Below are positions 56,055-64,000 of a stretch of 64,000 nucleotides of DNA, one piece after another. The position numbers were made by a program, and so were the translations under genes. Under the pieces are notes generated by a model. That model was not told the DNA's origin, ran no database searches, and worked only from the letters and a program-made list of their open reading frames with translations. How positions within the stretch are numbered: the stretch's first letter is position 1; the number at the start of each line of letters is the position of its first letter. Origin of the DNA: Gemmatimonadota bacterium. GTDB taxonomy: Bacteria; Gemmatimonadota; Gemmatimonadetes; Gemmatimonadales; Gemmatimonadaceae. The stretch is from contig JACPPC010000008.1 in the NCBI GenBank assembly GCA_016191225.1, positions 15,037 through 79,036 on the forward strand, given 5' to 3'.

Positions 56055-57320
56055 ATGCCGAGCGAAGCGCAGGGGGGAAGCGCGCGCGGGGCCGCGCCGG
56101 CCCGGGAACCGCTTTCCCGCACGGTGCGGGTCCTCGCCGCGGTGAGCCTGCTGACCGACGTCAGCAGCGAGATGATCTACCCGCTCCTGCCGGTCTTCCT
56201 CACGGCGACCCTCGGCGTCAGCGCCGGATTTGTGGGGGTGGTCGAGGGGCTGGCGGAGACGACGGCGGCCATGCTGAAGCTGCTCAGCGGGTGGTGGTCC
56301 GACCGGGTCGCGCGCCGCAAGCCGTTCCTCGTGGCGGGCTACGGCCTCGCCGCGCTGGCCCGCCCCCTCGTGGCGCTGGCGTCGGCCGGGGCGCAGGTGC
56401 TCGCCATCCGGATGCTCGACCGCGTGGGGAAGGGGCTGCGCTCGGCACCGCGCGACGCGCTGCTCGCCGATGCCGCGGCGCCGGGGCAGCGGGGGCGGGC
56501 GTTCGGTTTCCATCGCATGGCGGACAACATGGGAGCCGTGATCGGGCCGATGGTGGCGTTCGCGCTGATGCGTGGAGTGGAGCTGCCGGTGCGCGGCGTC
56601 TTCTGGCTGGCGGCGATCCCCGGTGCGCTGTCGGTGGCGCTCCTGCTGGCGCTTGTTCCTGACCGGCGCCGGATCGTGGCGGAACGCGACGCGAGCGCCC
56701 GTGCGGAGGCGGGGAGCGCGCGGGCGGCAGGCGCTCGGGAGTCGGAACCGTCGTCGCGGCCCTTCGGCGGGCGGTTCTGGGGGGTGCTCGCGGCGATCTT
56801 CCTGTTCGCGCTCGGGAACTCGACCGATGCCTTCCTGCTGTTGCGCGCGGCGGAACTCGGCGTGCCGCTGGCGCTGGTACCGCTCGTGTGGGCAGCGCAC
56901 AACGCGGTGAAGGCGCTCGCGAGCTATCCAGGTGGCAGCCTGTCCGACCAGGTGGGGCGGCGGCCGGTGCTGCTGTCGGGCTGGGTGCTGTACGCCGGCA
57001 TCTACGCCGGCTTCGCGGCCGCGAGCCACCCGTGGCACGCGTGGGCGTTGTTCGTGACGTACGGGGTGGTGTTCGGGCTGTCCGAGGGAACGGAGCGGGC
57101 GCTCGTGGCCGACATCGCGCCGCACGCGCGGCGGGGGGCCGCCTACGGCTGGTTCAACTTCGCGGTCGGGCTCGGCGCGCTCCCGGCGTCGATCGTGTTC
57201 GGCCTGCTGTGGAACCGCTTCGGGTCGGCCACGGCGTTCATGGTCGGGGGTGCGCTCGCCGTCGCTGCCGCCCTCGTGCTGGCGGCGGTGCCGCTCGGCC
57301 GGCCCGGTCACACCGCGTAA
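56055..57320 (+). CDS. MFS transporter
   Basis: Twelve hydrophobic segments, with the loop motif DRVGKGLRSAPRDAL between TM2 and TM3. Confidence 0.85.
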   Translation: MPSEAQGGSARGAAPAREPLSRTVRVLAAVSLLTDVSSEMIYPLLPVFLTATLGVSAGFVGVVEGLAETTAAMLKLLSGWWSDRVARRKPFLVAGYGLAALARPLVALASAGAQVLAIRMLDRVGKGLRSAPRDALLADAAAPGQRGRAFGFHRMADNMGAVIGPMVAFALMRGVELPVRGVFWLAAIPGALSVALLLALVPDRRRIVAERDASARAEAGSARAAGARESEPSSRPFGGRFWGVLAAIFLFALGNSTDAFLLLRAAELGVPLALVPLVWAAHNAVKALASYPGGSLSDQVGRRPVLLSGWVLYAGIYAGFAAASHPWHAWALFVTYGVVFGLSEGTERALVADIAPHARRGAAYGWFNFAVGLGALPASIVFGLLWNRFGSATAFMVGGALAVAAALVLAAVPLGRPGHTA

Positions 57321-57339
57321 CCCAGGGGAGGACGCTGCC

Positions 57340-58017
57340 ATGTGCGGTCGCTACACGATTCGATTCCCGGACCGCTTCGACGCCAGGCTGTTCGGCGTGG
57401 GCGAGTGGCCGGACCTCGGGCCGCGATTCAACATCGCCCCCGGGCAGGACGTGCCGCTGGTGCGGGTCGGACCGCTGGGGCGCGAGGTGGTCATGGCGCG
57501 ATGGGGGCTCGTGCCGGGCTGGGCCAAGGACGCGGGCATTGGCGAGAAGCTGGCGAACGCGCGCGGCGAGACCCTGGCGGAAAAGCCGAGCTTCCGCGGC
57601 CCATGGAAGTCGCATCGCGGCCTGCTGCCGGCGGATGGCTTCTACGAATGGCAGAAGTCGCCGGGTGTGACGGGAAAGCAGCCGTGGTTCATCCGGCGGG
57701 CGGACGACGCTCCGTTCGCGCTCGGCGCGCTCTGGGAGACGTGGCGCACGCCCGACGGCGACGCGCTGGTCTCGTGCACGGTGATCACCACGGAGCCGAA
57801 CGAGCTGATGCGCCCCATCCACGACCGGATGCCCGTGATCGTGCCGCGCGAGGGCTGGACGCGATGGCTGGGCGATGGGGCGGCCCGGGGCACGCCTCCA
57901 CCGGCGGACCTGGTCGCGCCGTGCCCGGCGGGCGAGCTGCGGGCGCATCGAGTGTCGACGTACGTGAACGCGACCAGCCGCGACGACGCGCCGTGCGTGG
58001 AGCCGCTCGCGGAGTAG
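57340..58017 (+). CDS. SOS response-associated peptidase (SRAP/YedK family)
   Basis: MCGRY N-terminus with catalytic Cys2, plus NIAPGQ, WGLVP.WAKD and FYEW. Confidence 0.9.
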   Translation: MCGRYTIRFPDRFDARLFGVGEWPDLGPRFNIAPGQDVPLVRVGPLGREVVMARWGLVPGWAKDAGIGEKLANARGETLAEKPSFRGPWKSHRGLLPADGFYEWQKSPGVTGKQPWFIRRADDAPFALGALWETWRTPDGDALVSCTVITTEPNELMRPIHDRMPVIVPREGWTRWLGDGAARGTPPPADLVAPCPAGELRAHRVSTYVNATSRDDAPCVEPLAE

Positions 58018-58046
58018 GGCGCACCGGCCGCGACGCCCCCCGCGAC

Positions 58047-58262
58047 CTAGCAGCAGCGATTACCGGGGCGGCCGTACCGGTCGGCCATCCGCTCGCGCAT
58101 GAACTCGTCGCGCGGCAGCACGGCGCACCCCGGGTGGTGCGCGTGCATGTGCTGCACGTACCGGTCGTAGTCGGGAACGCCGATGATGCGGCGCAGCGCG
58201 GCGAGGGCCCGCGCGATGCCCGCCGAGAGGGGCGCGTGCGTGGTGGCCCGGGCCGGTGTCAT
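58047..58262 (-). CDS. YbdD/YjiX family small protein (DUF466)
   Basis: ATG at 58262 overlaps the S9 peptidase stop (ATGA). 71 aa. GVPDYDRYVQHMHAHHPG..EFMRERMADRYG..RCC is the family signature. Confidence 0.85.
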   Translation of the reverse strand: MTPARATTHAPLSAGIARALAALRRIIGVPDYDRYVQHMHAHHPGCAVLPRDEFMRERMADRYGRPGNRCC

Positions 58263-60706
58263 CGCCTGGCCTTGCTGCCGTTGGGGCCGATCGTGCGCTC
58301 GAACAGGTTGAAGATGCGCGTGTACTCGTCGGCCCAGCTGGCCGGGCGCGTGAAGCCGTGGTCCTCGACGGGATACGGCGCGAGCTCCCAGTCGGTCTTG
58401 CCGAGCTCGATGAGCTTCTCGGTCAGCCGCACGATGTCCTGGAAGTTGACGTTGGTGTCCACCATCCCGTGGGCCATCAGGAGCGGGTCCTCGAGACCCT
58501 CGGCGAAGAAGATCGGCGACGACCGGTGGTACGACAGGGTGTCGTTCTGCGGCAGGTTGAGGATCGCGCCCGTGTAACCGTGGTTGTAGTGCGCCCAGTC
58601 GGTGACGCTGCGGAGCGCCGCCCCGGCGCCGAAGTACTTCGGGGCGGTGAACAGCGCCATCAGCGTCATGAAGCCGCCGTAGCTGCCGCCGTACATGCCG
58701 ATGCGCTCGGGGTCGATGCCGAACTCCCGCGTCAGGTACCTCGATCCGTCCACCTGGTCCTGCAGGTCGCGCCCGCCCATCCAGCGGTAGATCGCCGTGC
58801 GCCAGTCGCGGCCATAGCCGGCGCTTGCCCGGTAGTCGATGTCGAGGACGACGTAGCCCTTCGACGCGAGGTAGTGGTTGAACATGAACTCGCGCGCGTA
58901 GCTCGACCAGTAGTGGTGCACATTGTGCAGGTAGCCCGCGCCGTGCACGAAGATCACCGCCGCGCCGTTCGGCTGGGCCTTCATGTCCCGCGGCCGGTAG
59001 AGGCGAGCCGGCACCCGGGCGCCGTCGCTCGCCGGGATCATCACGATCTCCGGCGTGATCCAGTTGAAGGCGAGCCAGTCGGCCGTGGGGGACGCGGTGA
59101 GCGCGATGCCCGCGGCACCGCGCCTCCCGAGGAAGATCTCGGGGGGACGGTTCGCGGTCGAGTAGACGTCGGCCATCCACTGCTCGTCGGGCGAGGGCAC
59201 GACCTGGTGGCCCCCCGCGCCCCGCGTGAGCCGCGTGCGCGGCCCGCCGGCGACCGGCATCTGCCAGTAGTCGCGGTCGAACGCCGAGACCTCGCTGGAG
59301 TGAAGGAGGAACGACTTCCGGTCCGCCGAGAGGGCGACGTCGGTGACCTCCCACATCCCGTCGGTCAGCGCCTTGCGGTCGGAGCCGTCGGCGTTCACGC
59401 CGTACAGCTGCGCGTAGCCGCTGGCCTCGCTCACGTAGTAGACGCGGCGGTTCCCGTCGGCGAAGCCGGTGCACCCGAAGCTGCACGGGCCGCCGACCCA
59501 TGCGGTGTCGCGCAGCACGTCGAGCGTGGTGAGCGCGCCGGTGGTGGCGTCGACCGCCGACAGCTGGCGCGTCTTGAAGTCCCGCGAGGTGGCGACGACG
59601 AGGGCGGTGGTGCCGGCGTCGTTCCAGCCGGCGACGCCCACGAAGTTCGGCGGCGTCGAGTCGCCGTCGAGCGGCCTGAGCCACTGCACCTCGCCGCGCG
59701 GCAGCCGCTGGAAGCCGAGCCGCGACACCCCCTGCGCGTCGCCGACCTTGGTGCGGTTGGGGATGTCCTCCGTGTACCCGGAGGTCGTGACGTAGCTGGG
59801 GACGATGCCGGTGCGCGCGTCGGCGGGGGCGGTGGTCGCGGTGAAGATGATCGCCGTGCCGCCCGGACTGACGCTCAAGGCCTGCAGCCGCTCGCCGGCA
59901 CGCAGCACGACGGGGCGAATGGCCGCCGAGTCGCGCAGTCCCGTCTCGTACCGGCGAATCGAGTCGGCGGCGACCATGTCACGCACCGCCTCGAGGAGCT
60001 TCTTCTGGTCGGCCTCGATCGCGCCTCGCTGCGTGAGCGCGCCGCCGGCCCGCGCCTGGGGGGCGGTGCGGCCGGCGCCCTGGGCGCCGCCCTGGCCTCC
60101 GCGGCCGCCGCCGGTCGCGGCGGGCGCGGCGGCGGCGGGTGCGTCCGCGGCGCGGATGTCCGTGAGCTGCCTCGTGAGTCCCGTGCCGAGGTCGATCGAG
60201 TAGGCGTTGCCCTCGCGCACGAAGAACACCCGCTGGCCGTCGCTCGAGAAGCGCGGGTTGGTCTCCGGTGCGTTCGTCTCGGTGAGGCGGCGCGCCACCG
60301 ACTTCCCGAGGTCCACGACGTACAGGTCGCCACGATACTCGACGGCCCGGCGCGTCCGGTCGAGCGACGTCGAGCCGCTGGCGATCAGGGGGCCGGCCGA
60401 GTCGGCCTGCGCCTCGGTGAGCCGCTCCGGCCTGGCGCCGGCCTGCGCCCGGACACGGTATGGCTTTGGGGTCTCGCGGAAGTCGCTCCCCGGCGGGAGC
60501 CACTGGAAGTGGATCCACTGGCCATCGGGGCTCCAGCGCACCTGCGCCGGTTCGCGGCCGTACACCTCGGGGCCGCGCATGATGTTCCGGATCGAGAAAT
60601 CGAACGTGGCCGGCTGTTGCGCCGGCGCCTGGCGGGCGACGGCGACGGCCAGGGCGAGAGCGGCGGCGCGCGAGGCGGCGGCACGGCGAGGGATGGCAAT
60701 GCGCAC
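58259..60706 (-). CDS. S9-family serine peptidase (prolyl oligopeptidase / DPP-like) with N-terminal beta-propeller
   Basis: GTG at 60706 is 2 nt after the cstA stop. A signal peptide and WD/Tol-like propeller repeats are present. The catalytic elbow is GGSYGG, with downstream D..H (MAHGMVDTNV, EDHGF). Confidence 0.9.
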   Translation of the reverse strand: MRIAIPRRAAASRAAALALAVAVARQAPAQQPATFDFSIRNIMRGPEVYGREPAQVRWSPDGQWIHFQWLPPGSDFRETPKPYRVRAQAGARPERLTEAQADSAGPLIASGSTSLDRTRRAVEYRGDLYVVDLGKSVARRLTETNAPETNPRFSSDGQRVFFVREGNAYSIDLGTGLTRQLTDIRAADAPAAAAPAATGGGRGGQGGAQGAGRTAPQARAGGALTQRGAIEADQKKLLEAVRDMVAADSIRRYETGLRDSAAIRPVVLRAGERLQALSVSPGGTAIIFTATTAPADARTGIVPSYVTTSGYTEDIPNRTKVGDAQGVSRLGFQRLPRGEVQWLRPLDGDSTPPNFVGVAGWNDAGTTALVVATSRDFKTRQLSAVDATTGALTTLDVLRDTAWVGGPCSFGCTGFADGNRRVYYVSEASGYAQLYGVNADGSDRKALTDGMWEVTDVALSADRKSFLLHSSEVSAFDRDYWQMPVAGGPRTRLTRGAGGHQVVPSPDEQWMADVYSTANRPPEIFLGRRGAAGIALTASPTADWLAFNWITPEIVMIPASDGARVPARLYRPRDMKAQPNGAAVIFVHGAGYLHNVHHYWSSYAREFMFNHYLASKGYVVLDIDYRASAGYGRDWRTAIYRWMGGRDLQDQVDGSRYLTREFGIDPERIGMYGGSYGGFMTLMALFTAPKYFGAGAALRSVTDWAHYNHGYTGAILNLPQNDTLSYHRSSPIFFAEGLEDPLLMAHGMVDTNVNFQDIVRLTEKLIELGKTDWELAPYPVEDHGFTRPASWADEYTRIFNLFERTIGPNGSKARR

Positions 60707-60708
60707 GG

Positions 60709-62781
60709 TCAGTCTCCCGACGCGAAGGCGGTGCGCGGTCGATACGGCACTTCCGAGCTCACGGCCGGCTTGCGCCCGCCGAGCACCGCCCACCACTCGC
60801 GCAGCGACGCGGCGAGGATCACGATCACGCTGGCGAGGAAGAAGGCGGCCACGAAGGCGTCGACGCGGTCGTTGGTGACGATCCGCGAGGCATCGGCCAC
60901 GGTCTTCGCGCCAAGGGGCAGGAGCCCGGCGTCGAGCGTCTCCTGCACCAGTTCCGCGTGGGCGAGGAAGCCGAGCTTGGGGTCGCGCGAGAAGACCTTG
61001 AGAAAGCCGGCCGTCATCGTCACCACCGTCAGCCAGCAGAGCGGCACGACCGTCATGAAGGCGTACCGGGCCTTGCCCATCTTGATGATCACCGTCGTGC
61101 CGACGCAGAGCGCGACCGTGGCCAGCAGCTGGTTGGCGATCCCGAACAGCGGCCAGAGCGAGTTGATCCCGCCCAGCGGGTCGATCACGCCCTGGTAGAG
61201 GAAGTACCCCCACATGCCCACCACCATCGCGCTGGTGAGCAGCACCGCCGGGTACCACGACACGCGGCCCAGCGGCTCCCACGCGTGCTTGAGCAGTCCC
61301 TGCAGCATGAACCGGCCGACGCGCGTGCCGGCGTCGAGGGTGGTGAGGATGAACAGCGCCTCGAACATGATCGCGAAGTGGTACCAGAGGGCGAGGGCGC
61401 CCGAGCCGCCGAGGGCGGCCGAGAAGAGGTGTGCCATGCCGACCGCGAGCGACGGCGCGCCGCCGGTGCGCGAGAGGATCGACGACTCGCCGACGTCCCT
61501 CGCCAGTTGCGCGAGCTGGTCCGGGGTCACCACGAACCCCCACTGCTGCACCGCCTCGGCGGCGGTGGCCGCGGTCGTGCCCAGCAGGGCGACCGGGGCG
61601 TTGATGGCGAAGTAGACGCCGGGGGTGAGGGCGCAGGCGGCGATCAGGGCCATGATCGCGACGGCGCTCTCCATCAGCATCGCCCCGTAGCCGATCAGGC
61701 GGGCGTCGGGCTCGGACTCGAGCAGCTTGGGCGTGGTGCCGCTCGAGATGAGCGCGTGGAAGCCGCTGATCGCGCCGCAGGCGATCGTGATGAAGACGAA
61801 GGGGAAGAGCTTCCCCGCGAACACCGGCCCGGTGCCGTCCACGAACCGCGTCACGGCCGGCATTTCCAGCGGCGGCAGGACGACGACGATGCCGAGCGCC
61901 AGCGCCGCGACAACGCCGATCTTCACGAAGGCGCTGAGGTAGTCGCGCGGCGCGAGGAGGAGCCACACCGGGAGCACCGCCGCGGCCCAGCCATAGGCGA
62001 TCACCATCAGGGCGATCGTCGGCCCGTCGAAGGTGAAGATCGGCGCGAGCGACGGGCTCCCCGCCACCCAGCGTCCCGCGTACAGCGCAACCACGAGCAG
62101 CGCGAGCCCGATCGCGCTCGCCTCCAGCACGCGGTGCGGGCGGAGCCAGCGCAGGTAGACGCCCATGAAGAGGGCGATCGGGATCGTGAGGCCGAGGGTG
62201 ACGATCCCCCACGGACTTGACTTGAGGGCGTTCACCACCACCAGGGCGAGCACCGCGATCAGGATCACCATGATCCCGATCACCGCCACCAGGGCCGTGT
62301 AGCCGGCCACCGGGCCGATCTCCTCCTTGGCCATCTCGCCCAGCGTCTTGCCGTCGCGGCGCAGCGACGAGCAGAGAATCACGCAGTCCTGCACCGCGCC
62401 GCCAATGGCGACGCCGACGATGATCCAGAGGGCGCCGGGGAGGTACCCGAACTGCGCCGCGAGGGTCGGGCCGACGAGGGGACCGGGGCCGGCGATCGCC
62501 GCGAAGTGATGGCCGAACACGATCCAGCGGTTGGTCGGGACGAAGTCGCGGCCGTCGTTCAGCCGCTCGGCGGGAGTCGCCCGCGTGGCGTCGAGGGCGA
62601 AGATGTTCGCGGCGATGATCCTGCTGTAGAAGCGGTATGCGATCGCATAGACGCACAGGGCGGCGACGAGGAGCCAGGCGGCGCTCACCTTCTCGCCGCG
62701 CGCGAGGGCGATCGCGGCCAGGGAGCCGGCGCCAGCGAGGGCGACGGCGGTCCATGCCAGGGTCGAGCGGAGGCGGTGCAT
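60709..62781 (-). CDS. cstA: carbon starvation protein A (peptide/pyruvate transporter family)
   Basis: 690 aa and highly hydrophobic. FGHHFAAIAGPGPLVGP and RRDGKTLGEMAKEE are typical CstA motifs. Confidence 0.95.
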   Translation of the reverse strand: MHRLRSTLAWTAVALAGAGSLAAIALARGEKVSAAWLLVAALCVYAIAYRFYSRIIAANIFALDATRATPAERLNDGRDFVPTNRWIVFGHHFAAIAGPGPLVGPTLAAQFGYLPGALWIIVGVAIGGAVQDCVILCSSLRRDGKTLGEMAKEEIGPVAGYTALVAVIGIMVILIAVLALVVVNALKSSPWGIVTLGLTIPIALFMGVYLRWLRPHRVLEASAIGLALLVVALYAGRWVAGSPSLAPIFTFDGPTIALMVIAYGWAAAVLPVWLLLAPRDYLSAFVKIGVVAALALGIVVVLPPLEMPAVTRFVDGTGPVFAGKLFPFVFITIACGAISGFHALISSGTTPKLLESEPDARLIGYGAMLMESAVAIMALIAACALTPGVYFAINAPVALLGTTAATAAEAVQQWGFVVTPDQLAQLARDVGESSILSRTGGAPSLAVGMAHLFSAALGGSGALALWYHFAIMFEALFILTTLDAGTRVGRFMLQGLLKHAWEPLGRVSWYPAVLLTSAMVVGMWGYFLYQGVIDPLGGINSLWPLFGIANQLLATVALCVGTTVIIKMGKARYAFMTVVPLCWLTVVTMTAGFLKVFSRDPKLGFLAHAELVQETLDAGLLPLGAKTVADASRIVTNDRVDAFVAAFFLASVIVILAASLREWWAVLGGRKPAVSSEVPYRPRTAFASGD

Positions 62782-62872
62782 GCGGGGCGATTCTCGCGCG
62801 CTGAGGACGCGGAGAATGTCGGCCCCGTGCGGGGCGGGGTCAACGGATTACCTTACGGGCGTGCGAACCCCG

Positions 62873-63535
62873 ATGCCGTTGCGCGCAGCCGCCTGGTGCC
62901 TCTCCACCACGGCGCTCGCCGCCTGCGCCCCCGCGCCGGCCCCGGCCCACGCCCAGGCGCCCGCCGCGGCCCCCGCCGACACGGCCCGCCCGCTCGCCGA
63001 GTTCGCCTCGCGCCCGCTGGCCCTCGTCCCGGTGCAGCTGCTCGGCTCGGGCGACTCGCTCGGCTTCGCGGCGCAGGTCAACAACGCCGGGGCCTTCCTC
63101 GCCAGCATCGACGACGAGATCGCCTTCGCCCTGTCGCAGCGCCGCACCGCGCGCCAATGGCAGATGCCGCCGGTGCTCGCCCGGCGCATGAGGAGCAATG
63201 GCCCCTACGGCGTGGACGTGCATGACATGGGCGCCGGCCCGCTGCGCGACCCGAAGCTCAAGGGCGACCTCCCGCTCCCCGACCCGCTCGCGTCGAACCT
63301 GCGCAGCCTCGTTGCGCTCGGGGGCGAGGCCCGCTACGTGCTGATCCCGGTCGAGGTCACCTTTGCCGGGGCGAAGGGCGCGGGCCGGGCCGTCCTCAAG
63401 CTGGTCCTCGTGGACGCCCGCTCGGCCCGGCTCGTCTGGGTTGGCGTCGTCGCGACCGACCCCGTGGCCAGGGTGACGCCGGCAATCCCGGCGATGCTCG
63501 GCGCGCGCGTCGCCGACCTGGTGACCGCCCCCTGA
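62873..63535 (+). CDS. hypothetical lipoprotein
   Basis: ATG at 62873 gives MPLRAAAWCLSTTALAAC-A, a lipobox signal. Upstream in-frame starts at 62861 and 62780 are less consistent with a signal peptide. Confidence 0.6.
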   Translation: MPLRAAAWCLSTTALAACAPAPAPAHAQAPAAAPADTARPLAEFASRPLALVPVQLLGSGDSLGFAAQVNNAGAFLASIDDEIAFALSQRRTARQWQMPPVLARRMRSNGPYGVDVHDMGAGPLRDPKLKGDLPLPDPLASNLRSLVALGGEARYVLIPVEVTFAGAKGAGRAVLKLVLVDARSARLVWVGVVATDPVARVTPAIPAMLGARVADLVTAP

Positions 63536-64000
63536 CGAGGATCCTCCACCTCTCCGACCTGCATTTCGGCCGCCCGATGGTGCCGGCGCAGGTGGAGGCG
63601 ATCGAACGACTCGTCGCCGAGCAGCGGTTCGACGCCGTGGCGATCTCGGGGGACCTCACGCAGCGCGCCCGCACCAGCGAGTACAAGCGCGCGGCGGCCT
63701 TCCTGCAGGCGGTGGAACGCACCAGCCCCGCAATCGCCGTCCCCGGGAACCACGACGTGCGCTGGTGGTTCGCCCCGCTGCACCTCGGCCGCCGCGCGGC
63801 GATGTTCGGCGCCTGGCAGCGGGCCCTCCGGCGGCCGATCGAGCCGGTGCTGCGCGTCCCGGGCGTGACCCTCGTCGGCCTCAACACGTCCCAGGGGATC
63901 ACGCCGCGCACCCTCACCTGGAACATGCGCGACCTGTCGGTGATCGGCGACCTGCGCCCGGCGCAGGTGAAGTGGGCGGCGGCCCAGTTCGGCGGGTCCC
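63532..64000 (+). CDS. metallophosphoesterase (3' end outside the window; start codon unresolved)
   Basis: The frame reads (L)TRILHLSDLHFG..ISGDLTQ..VPGNHD, the calcineurin-like phosphoesterase motifs I-III. No ATG, GTG or TTG lies in frame upstream; only CTG at 63532 does. Confidence 0.75.
   Translation, partial: MTRILHLSDLHFGRPMVPAQVEAIERLVAEQRFDAVAISGDLTQRARTSEYKRAAAFLQAVERTSPAIAVPGNHDVRWWFAPLHLGRRAAMFGAWQRALRRPIEPVLRVPGVTLVGLNTSQGITPRTLTWNMRDLSVIGDLRPAQVKWAAAQFGGS

Noticed and set aside
58259-62755. A 1498-aa minus-strand ORF apparently fusing the S9 peptidase with a large N-terminal region
   Set aside because: The upstream 680 residues are the out-of-frame shadow of cstA. The real peptidase starts at GTG 60706 with a signal peptide, directly after the cstA stop. 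Similar artificial 5' extensions were trimmed for 6876..9533, 8528..10564, 10530..13502, 12938..15070, 2543..4357, 25002..26240 and 50701..52629.
62780-62872. ATG at 62780 as the start of the 62780..63535 ORF (it would overlap the cstA start on a CATG palindrome)
   Set aside because: The first 31 residues are Arg-rich and non-signal-like, whereas ATG 62873 yields a canonical lipoprotein signal (..STTALAAC). The longer form is probably read-through of the divergent promoter region.

Overview
Very GC-rich bacterial chromosomal segment with strong G/C third-position bias. Long spurious antisense ORFs are common and were ignored. No tRNA, rRNA, transposase or CRISPR array was seen. I call about 55 protein genes. 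The phylum cannot be proven from sequence alone. The PEP-CTERM protein, the signal-peptide-bearing F0 a and b subunits and the small dispersed palindromic repeats suggest a soil Gemmatimonadota- or Acidobacteriota-like organism. Layout from left to right: (1) A housekeeping block topA-trmFO-xerC ... hslV-hslU, split by an ~8.7 kb insert. The insert carries a tightly coupled six-gene aryl-CoA operon (2-aminobenzoyl-CoA or salicylyl-CoA type hybrid pathway). (2) A ~13 kb envelope-glycosylation supercluster with three paralogous GT-C-like polytopic membrane proteins, an FAD oxidoreductase, two methyltransferases, one GT4 and two GT2 genes, with argF embedded. (3) A decayed bcp peroxiredoxin pseudogene next to a lower-GC three-gene lipoprotein island: two paralogs flanking a Cys-rich protein with an Ig-like repeat. 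(4) gcvT, mog and a sigma-54 enhancer-binding protein with a degenerate receiver domain. (5) A second compositionally atypical stretch: an orphan protein, a GGA-rich untranslated tract, a 23-codon hydrophobic mini-ORF plus hairpin immediately upstream of an HD-GYP gene, and a BTAD/AAA/TPR (SARP-STAND) regulator with phased 8-mer repeats in its promoter. (6) MoxR with two BsuPI-domain lipoproteins. (7) An F0-plus-delta ATP synthase operon lacking F1 genes, translationally coupled to a 1042-aa M1 peptidase with a possible beta-barrel tail. (8) Sugar-nucleotide genes, PEP-CTERM, peptidase, MFS and SRAP genes, and a cstA-S9 peptidase-ybdD operon. The most promising undescribed candidates are the lipoprotein island, the mini-ORF/hairpin/HD-GYP arrangement with its neighbouring regulators, and the triple GT-C cluster. 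All family assignments come from motif recognition by eye, not from database searches.
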